This document shows, piece after piece, positions 57,776-64,000 of a DNA stretch of 64,000 nt. How positions within the stretch are numbered: the stretch's first letter is position 1; each line of letters starts with the position of its first letter. A program made the translations under genes and the position numbers. Below the pieces are notes generated by a model that ran no database searches, was not told where the DNA came from, and saw only the letters and a list, made by a program, of their open reading frames with translations. Where the stretch lies: assembly GCA_963833575.1 (NCBI GenBank), contig CAWHXY010000004.1, forward strand, positions 192,001-256,000, in the 5' to 3' direction. This DNA comes from Candidatus Bathyarchaeota archaeon (GTDB lineage: Archaea; Thermoproteota; Bathyarchaeia; Bathyarchaeales; Bathycorpusculaceae).

Positions 57776-59464
57776 TTAGGTGAATTTGCCTTTTGTTTTG
57801 AACTGCTTTTCATAGATTTCCCTAACTCTGTCTATGGTGTCAGCTTCGTTAGGTGTTTTGTCGTCTCGGATCCGAGTGATCCGCGCAAACCGAAGCGCCA
57901 TTTGGCTCTTGTATTTGGGGCTCTTCTGAATCTCATTGTACGTGACCTCAACCACAATTTTAGGAATCACCTCAACGTGATGCCCCTCCAGTCTAACCGC
58001 ATAAGCCTCTAAGTGCTTTGTCATTTCAGCCATTTCGGCGTCGGTTAACCCTTTGAAGGTTTTGCCTAGATCCAAAAACTCACCTGTCTCAGGATCCCTC
58101 GCAGCAAAATAATAATCGGAGAGCCAGCTTTTACGTCTCCCATAACCATACTCGGCAGCAGTTATAACAAGATCTAAGGTCTCGAGCACTGGTTTTATTT
58201 TCAACCATTTTTTTCCTCGATTTCCAGGCGTGTAGGGACTGTCAAGTTTCTTCGCCATTAACCCTTCGTGCCCAGAAGACGTAGCTTCTTTGAAAAAATC
58301 TTCTGCCTCATCGATCCTATTGGTCACGATTTGCTTGCTTAAGCTGATTTCTTCTGCAGTCTGGGCTAAGATTTGCCTACGCTGATCATAGGGCAGCGTG
58401 ATTAGGCTTTCACCGTTCAGGTAGAGGATATCGAATAGGTAAAGCGTCAAAGGAATTTTCTGTGCCATGCTGGCTATTTCTCGGGTTCGTTTGAAGCGGC
58501 GCATTAAATGCTGAAAAGCAATTGGATAACCTGCACTGTCCAATGCGACGACTTCGCCTTCAACGATTGCTGACTGCGCCACAATGTTATGTTTTACGAT
58601 TTCAACGATTTCTGGCAGGCTTTCCGTGACATTACTGAGTCGTCTACTGAAAATCTCGACGTTACCGTTTTGTTTGTGGATTTGAACTCTTGCACCGTCA
58701 TACTTGTATTCGAAAGCGGTTTTGCCACTAAACTCTTCTAGAGCCTCTTTTACTGACTGAGCGGTTTGTGCGAGCATCAGCTTCACCGGCCTAAAAACGC
58801 TAAAGCCCGCTTTCTCTAAGCCTTCTAATCCTTGTGTTTTGAGGGTTGCCGCAACCTCGCCTATGTCTCCTAAAACCATTCCAGCATGCTGCACTTTCTT
58901 TAGAGGCACATCAAATGCTACTGCGACAGCCTGCTCCATTAAACCCTCATGAAGACCAGTGCGCATTTCGCCAGTGAAAATTTTCACCAAGTATTTGGCT
59001 TCAAGGGGGGTCGCTTGGCTAAACAGACTAGTGACTTGGCGTTCTTTTTTGGTTCTTGAGCCTGCACCTGATGCTTGGGCGATGGCTTCGAAGGCGCGAC
59101 TGACTTCGGTTATTGTTAAGGAATTTTGGGTCAGCTGGGTTTGTTTCTTTGTTTTGGATTGTTCAAGAACTGCTTTCGTGGCTGAGCCGATGTCACCCGT
59201 ATTTGCCATTGCTTCACTAAATTTGTCCCAGTTAAACTGGCTTACCTGCTCCAAAACCCCGGTAACGGTAGACCAACTGACATCGAGCATCTTTTGGCTG
59301 TATTTTGGAAAAGCACGGCCAACCATCATGTTTACCGCTGGCTCAATTTCTTGTGGTGTAAGAGTTTTTAGGTAGTTTGCGGTTAAATCTATGATTTCTA
59401 ACCGTTTTGTTGTCGCTTCAACTTTTTCAAGAAGGCCAGAGAGAGATTTGAATAATGCAGACAT
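57776..59464 (-). CDS. lig: ATP-dependent DNA ligase
   Basis: EYKYDGARVQIH, EGE, FDIL, EGLMAK, WLKIK, LRFARITRIRDDK. Confidence 0.96.
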   Translation of the reverse strand: MSALFKSLSGLLEKVEATTKRLEIIDLTANYLKTLTPQEIEPAVNMMVGRAFPKYSQKMLDVSWSTVTGVLEQVSQFNWDKFSEAMANTGDIGSATKAVLEQSKTKKQTQLTQNSLTITEVSRAFEAIAQASGAGSRTKKERQVTSLFSQATPLEAKYLVKIFTGEMRTGLHEGLMEQAVAVAFDVPLKKVQHAGMVLGDIGEVAATLKTQGLEGLEKAGFSVFRPVKLMLAQTAQSVKEALEEFSGKTAFEYKYDGARVQIHKQNGNVEIFSRRLSNVTESLPEIVEIVKHNIVAQSAIVEGEVVALDSAGYPIAFQHLMRRFKRTREIASMAQKIPLTLYLFDILYLNGESLITLPYDQRRQILAQTAEEISLSKQIVTNRIDEAEDFFKEATSSGHEGLMAKKLDSPYTPGNRGKKWLKIKPVLETLDLVITAAEYGYGRRKSWLSDYYFAARDPETGEFLDLGKTFKGLTDAEMAEMTKHLEAYAVRLEGHHVEVIPKIVVEVTYNEIQKSPKYKSQMALRFARITRIRDDKTPNEADTIDRVREIYEKQFKTKGKFT

Positions 59465-59574
59465 TTAGTTAACCAAGAAATTTTGAACGATAGAAATAGG
59501 GTTTCGGTTGCTTATTTAATTAATTCCCAAAAAATTGTTCATTTAATTAACATTTTCACTAGGATTCTAGAATT

Positions 59575-60125
59575 TTCGAGCAACTCGGGACAATTTGGGA
59601 CAATCAGGGACAAATAGGACAATTCTAGACGCAACCTGCAAACAAACCAAACCCTGAATCAAAAAAGCAAGCCAACATAAGTTGCAAAGAAATTTGCCCA
59701 CTTTATGGTAAAATTATTAAAGATCTGTCTCGATGTTTCACAATGATTGGGATGATTCGCGATGCCAGCTGCAACCGACTTAAGCTATAAAACAAAAAAG
59801 CAACCTAACGCAAAAAAACAAAATGTAGAAGAAAATAATTTGCGCTCAAGGACATCTAAATTTCAAGACTTAAAGATAGAGACATGTTAAATCTCAATTT
59901 CCATTTTAGCACAAATAACGAAAAAAACGACTGATACACGACAAATCTACACGCAACCTGCAAACGTTTCAAAGCTTAAACCAAAAAAACAACCCAAAAC
60001 AAACTGAACAAAAATGTGCACATTTTACACCTTAAAATATTGAGGATCTACCACGATGATTCGCGATTAAACACGATGATGTCTGAAAACGCCACTATAC
60101 CTTAATTAGGAAAGCAAACAAAAGA
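59575..60125 (+). repeat. Four tandem units (H-K) of the dispersed element with different 10-bp array cores
   Basis: GGGACAA array + anchor 59632; GATG array + anchor 59766; ACG(A) array + anchor 59954; CGAT array + degenerate anchor 60082. Confidence 0.85.
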
Positions 60126-60188
60126 AAGAAAAAATTCATGGCCACTCAAAGCTAACCTAAGGAGGTTATAGCGACTAATAGAAAGGGT

Positions 60189-60617
60189 TTAGGAGAATAC
60201 GGAGAATGATTGTTCTTCGTCGCTGCCTGAACTTTGATTGAGTTTTTGGTTTACTTCCTTGATTTTTTTAGTCAGCTCTTCAGCTTTTTCTTGGTTGTTC
60301 AAGGCGGTGTAGCAGTCTCTTGCGTATTCTAATGCGCTTACGCCGTATCTGTCAAAGGCTTTGCTAAAGGAGATTTCAGAGGATTTCATAAAGAGCCCAG
60401 CAGCTTTCTCGTTGTCTTTGAGGGCAAAAGCAGCTTCACCAGCTTTGTAATACATTTCTGCCGCACCAAAATAATTCTGGCCTTTAAAGTAAAGCTCACC
60501 AGTCTTAACAAAGAGGTCTCTTGCCTCCTCAAATTTGCTGTTTTCCATTAACGCAATAGCTTGTTTATGAAGTTTAATCGGATCTTCCCTAACGTTACTT
60601 GCACACATAACAGTCAC
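60189..60617 (-). CDS. TPR/SNAP-like helical repeat protein
   Basis: EEARDLFVKTGELY, AAEMYYKAGEA, AAGLFMKS, ARDCY. Confidence 0.7.
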   Translation of the reverse strand: MTVMCASNVREDPIKLHKQAIALMENSKFEEARDLFVKTGELYFKGQNYFGAAEMYYKAGEAAFALKDNEKAAGLFMKSSEISFSKAFDRYGVSALEYARDCYTALNNQEKAEELTKKIKEVNQKLNQSSGSDEEQSFSVFS

Positions 60618-60787
60618 TTTATTCGTATTTATTTTAAGTGAACTCCCATTTAGATTTTCCCCTTCTGCTTCTAAAATCTTTTAAATTATGTCTCTCATCG
60701 CTTAACAAAAAATACTGAAACTTCAAGCATGATTGGCGATTATACTTTTATATGCGCCTGTTATCGAAACTATAACGCTGTGAAGCA

Positions 60788-61348
60788 ATGAGTAACAAGC
60801 AAACCACAACGACCGATTCTACTGGTTTTGCTCCATCTGCCGCATTCAAAATTGCAGCAGCCGCAATCTTTGCCGCCCTCGTTGCAGCAGCCACACTCTT
60901 GTTTGTGGTTCCTATACCAGCTACAACCGGGTATTTCAACCTTGGAGAGACACTGATCTATATTGCGGCTTTACTGTTTGGACCACTAGTGGGAGCGGTA
61001 GCCGGTGCAGGAGCAACAATCGCAGATGTCCTTGTAGCCGCACAATATGCCCCAGGAACCTTTGCAATAAAAGCAATTGAAGGTTTCCTCGTTGGTTTTC
61101 TAAGCAAAAAACTTAACAGAAAGATTCAAAACATCACCGTAAGCGCATCTATAGCTATTGTTATTGGCGGGTTTGAGATGGTTATAGGATATTTCTTCTA
61201 CGAAACACTTGTTTTAGGATACCCATTTGCTTTGGCACTTGTTGAAGTCCCATTAAACATCGTACAGATGCTCATTGGCTTAATGATAGCTGTGCCTGTG
61301 ATGCATGCGGTTATGCGTGTTTTCCCACAGCTTAAAAGCTCGATTTAA
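60788..61348 (+). CDS. ECF transporter S component
   Basis: AALV..T..IP..GYFNLGE..ALLFGP..G..IAD..APGT..IK..EG. Confidence 0.9.
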   Translation: MSNKQTTTTDSTGFAPSAAFKIAAAAIFAALVAAATLLFVVPIPATTGYFNLGETLIYIAALLFGPLVGAVAGAGATIADVLVAAQYAPGTFAIKAIEGFLVGFLSKKLNRKIQNITVSASIAIVIGGFEMVIGYFFYETLVLGYPFALALVEVPLNIVQMLIGLMIAVPVMHAVMRVFPQLKSSI

Positions 61349-61361
61349 CAAAGGTTAAGTT

Positions 61362-62369
61362 ATGAAACTACCACCTGGAAAAATTCCAATAGACATCTTA
61401 AAAGAAGTGGTTTTCAAAAATTTAGGCACAGAACGTAGCGAAGTCCTTTTGGGCCCAGCTGCGGGAGTTGACGGAGCAGTACTTGATGTTGGAACCAAAA
61501 ACGCCATCGTTTCCATGGACCCAATCACGGGCGCAGTGGAACGTATCGGATGGGAAGCAATCAACATAAACGCTAACGACGTAGCCACCTTCGGGGTTGA
61601 ACCAGCTTTTTTCTTCTCATGCCTGCTCCTACCCGAGCACGCCGACAGCAAAATCGTTGAGATCATAAGCACCCAGATGCACGCGGCCGCAAAAAAGCTC
61701 GGAATAGCCATCGTCGGAGGACACGCAGAATCAACACCGGGACTCACTAACCCAATTGTGGTCGGCTGCATCATGGGCTTAACAGAAAAAGGCAAATACG
61801 TCACAGCAGCAGGAGCAAAAACTGGCGACAAACTCATTCTTACCAAAAGCGCAGGCATCGAAGGCACTGCTATATTAGCTACTGACCGTGAAGAACAATT
61901 GAAAAATGTCTTCAATGCCACTCTTCTTGAGAGCGCCAAAAACTTCTACAATCAAATTAGCGTAGTTAAAGATGCGTTAACCGCTTACAAAACAGGTGGA
62001 GTACATGCCATGCATGACCCTACAGAGGGCGGAGTCCTGAACGGTATTCATGAAATGGCGGATGCTGCAAGCTTGGGCATCAGAGTTTTTGAAGAGAAGA
62101 TCACTGTTGAACCTGAAACCGCTAAAATATGCCGTTACTATGAGATTGATCCATTGCAGTTGATAAGTTCGGGGGCACTTCTTATTGCGGCAAAGCCTCA
62201 AGCAGCAGATAAAATTGTTGATGCCTTGTGCCAAGAACACATTTATGCTGATATCATCGGCGAATTTGATCCGAATCCAAACAAACGCATACTTATGCAC
62301 AAGGATGACTCTGCGGAGATACTGCCAAGACCAATATCAGACCATATATGGATGGCATTATCGCGCTGA
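61362..62369 (+). CDS. AIR synthase-family (HypE/ThiL-like) protein
   Basis: DPITGA, NANDVAT.G, VGGHAE, AMHDPTEGG, DPLQLISSG. Confidence 0.9.
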   Translation: MKLPPGKIPIDILKEVVFKNLGTERSEVLLGPAAGVDGAVLDVGTKNAIVSMDPITGAVERIGWEAININANDVATFGVEPAFFFSCLLLPEHADSKIVEIISTQMHAAAKKLGIAIVGGHAESTPGLTNPIVVGCIMGLTEKGKYVTAAGAKTGDKLILTKSAGIEGTAILATDREEQLKNVFNATLLESAKNFYNQISVVKDALTAYKTGGVHAMHDPTEGGVLNGIHEMADAASLGIRVFEEKITVEPETAKICRYYEIDPLQLISSGALLIAAKPQAADKIVDALCQEHIYADIIGEFDPNPNKRILMHKDDSAEILPRPISDHIWMALSR

Positions 62370-62431
62370 AAACCCGTCATTAAATCAACCATTTATTTAA
62401 GAAGAATTATCAAAAACCCTAAGAAGTGTAT

Positions 62432-64000
62432 TTAATGCTGCCTTGGCTTTAGAAGGTCTTGGAATTCAGGGTTAGTTTCACCATATTTCTCTTGGATTGC
62501 ACGGTTTATGCGTAGCCAATCTTCAATTGCTAACGGCCAAGTTTTACTCGGAATAACCTGTTTTGTTACATACTCTTTGATTGACGGTATCCTTTTGATT
62601 ACCTGATTATGCCAATCAACATCAATTAATCCGCCGCGACGCAGGTATTGCAAACTCTGATAAACCCTATCTGTTTCAATGGGGTAGTTTAGGCTTCCAG
62701 TCAAATCTTGAATTAGAGAATTGAAGGAAATCTCGTTCTCTGGACGCAGACATATGACGGCAGCGGTGTCTTGTACCAATCGCGCGCTCCTGCTCAAATA
62801 GAAAGATTTTCTTTTCGGAACAAGCGTTTGCTCAATCCGGTATGCATGTCGTTTATAGAACCATTTCTTGACTACTTCTGCCAACAACAGATATGTAACA
62901 ACCATCAGCACCAATAGGACATAGAACAATGGTGGGAGAGGCGCAAACTTAAACACTGGACCTATCGGCGTATACGGTATTACTAATGCTGCAGCAACAA
63001 CTGATAAACTACTAATTGCTAAGTACTTACCAATTCTGCTCTTCCAGAACGGCGATTGTCTTGTTCTAATGACAAACACTACGAGTGTTTGGGTGCAAAG
63101 GGATTCCACGAACCAAGCAGTTTGGAATTGTGATTGTTGGAAAAGTGTTGCCAATGGAATTCCTGAGGCTGAAACACCCAGCGGGATGCCAAAAATGAAG
63201 ACCATTATGAAGAATGTTGCGTAATCGAAAATGGAGCTAATGGGTCCTTCAACTACCATGAAATTTCTGATGAAAGATATATCCCATCTCTTGGGGCGCT
63301 CAAGGTATTCTTCATCGACATGGTCTGTTGCAATTGTTGTTTGGGAGAGTGTGTAGAGAAGGTTGTTTAACAATATCTGAATGGATAACATAGGTAGGAA
63401 GGGCAAAAATAATGCTGCTCCCGCTACGCTGAACATATTGCCAAAGTTTGAGCTTATACCCATCATTACATATTTCATTGTGTTGCCAAAGGTTTTTCTG
63501 CCCTCAGTGACACCCTGAGCTAATACAGTCAAATCATTTTCCAAAAGGATAATATCTGCAGCTTCTTTTGCAACATCCACTGCGTTATTAACAGAAACAC
63601 CAACATCAGATGTTTTCAAGGAAGGCGCATCATTGATTCCGTCGCCCATGAAACCAACAACGTGTCCGTTGTCCTTTAGTAAATTAATTATTCTGTCTTT
63701 TTGGACAGGGGTTACTCGAGCGAATACGTTGGCTTCTTCTACTACTCGAGCTAACGCATCATCTTGCATTTGAATCATTTCATTGCCAAGAACAACTCCT
63801 TTGATTTCGAAGCCCAGTTGCTCGCATACTTTTCTGGTTACTAGCTCATTGTCTCCAGTTAAGATTTTTAGTTCTATTCCTTCTTTGGCTAAAAGTCCTA
63901 TCGATTCCTTCGCGGTCTCTTTTGGTGGATCAAGAAAAGCGGTGAATCCAAGAAAAACCATCTCAGTTTCATCGTTAACAGAGTAAACTGATTTCTCTTC
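62432..64000 (-). CDS. mgtA: Mg2+-translocating P-type ATPase (5' part outside window) with C-terminal extension
   Basis: DPPKET, LTGDN, GDGINDAP, SSNFGNMFSV, PFLPML..QILLNNLLY, FQTAWFVES. Confidence 0.92.
   Translation of the reverse strand, partial: EEKSVYSVNDETEMVFLGFTAFLDPPKETAKESIGLLAKEGIELKILTGDNELVTRKVCEQLGFEIKGVVLGNEMIQMQDDALARVVEEANVFARVTPVQKDRIINLLKDNGHVVGFMGDGINDAPSLKTSDVGVSVNNAVDVAKEAADIILLENDLTVLAQGVTEGRKTFGNTMKYVMMGISSNFGNMFSVAGAALFLPFLPMLSIQILLNNLLYTLSQTTIATDHVDEEYLERPKRWDISFIRNFMVVEGPISSIFDYATFFIMVFIFGIPLGVSASGIPLATLFQQSQFQTAWFVESLCTQTLVVFVIRTRQSPFWKSRIGKYLAISSLSVVAAALVIPYTPIGPVFKFAPLPPLFYVLLVLMVVTYLLLAEVVKKWFYKRHAYRIEQTLVPKRKSFYLSRSARLVQDTAAVICLRPENEISFNSLIQDLTGSLNYPIETDRVYQSLQYLRRGGLIDVDWHNQVIKRIPSIKEYVTKQVIPSKTWPLAIEDWLRINRAIQEKYGETNPEFQDLLKPRQH

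Noticed and set aside
31156-60125. 10-bp arrays or tandem units as CRISPR arrays
   Set aside because: No 24-47-nt identical repeats with unique spacers of regular length; the units are degenerate and only 10 nt
185-63986. Numerous short antisense or overlapping ORFs in the supplied track
   Set aside because: They are shadows of well-supported genes and have no motifs of their own

Overview
AT-rich archaeal window, most consistent with Bathyarchaeia (inferred from the paralogous PQQ-like and YVTN beta-propeller surface proteins, PEF-CTERM-like tails, TrmB/Lrp regulators, tungsten AOR and DUF5752). It is largely accessory DNA. In order: an AOR gene; a dense toxin-antitoxin cluster (2-6.5 kb); a decayed integrated element (~7.9-14.3 kb) with a frameshifted, 5'-truncated solo cas1 and a tRNA-Ala-like remnant; large secreted beta-propeller genes each paired with a divergent regulator; a defence-like island (24.4-32 kb: HEPN, two PD-(D/E)xK proteins, dual-OB + 2x DUF488, HNH, MNT-HEPN, VapBC); YVTN propeller genes with shuffled C-termini; glycogen genes; a DNA ligase; and a partial Mg2+ P-type ATPase. 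The most unusual signal is non-coding: about 11 co-oriented copies (31.1-60.1 kb) of an intergenic element. Each has a conserved body (CAACCTGCAAAC...AAAAAAGCAACCCAAAAC, often ...AAAATGGCAA...TGTTGTTGTTCTTC), usually preceded by a 10-bp-period tandem array whose core differs between copies (TTGACG, TGTCAA, TAGCTTAAAC, CGCCG, GGGACAA, CGATG). Four units lie in tandem at 59.6-60.1 kb. All calls come from reading the sequence by eye; no searches were run.
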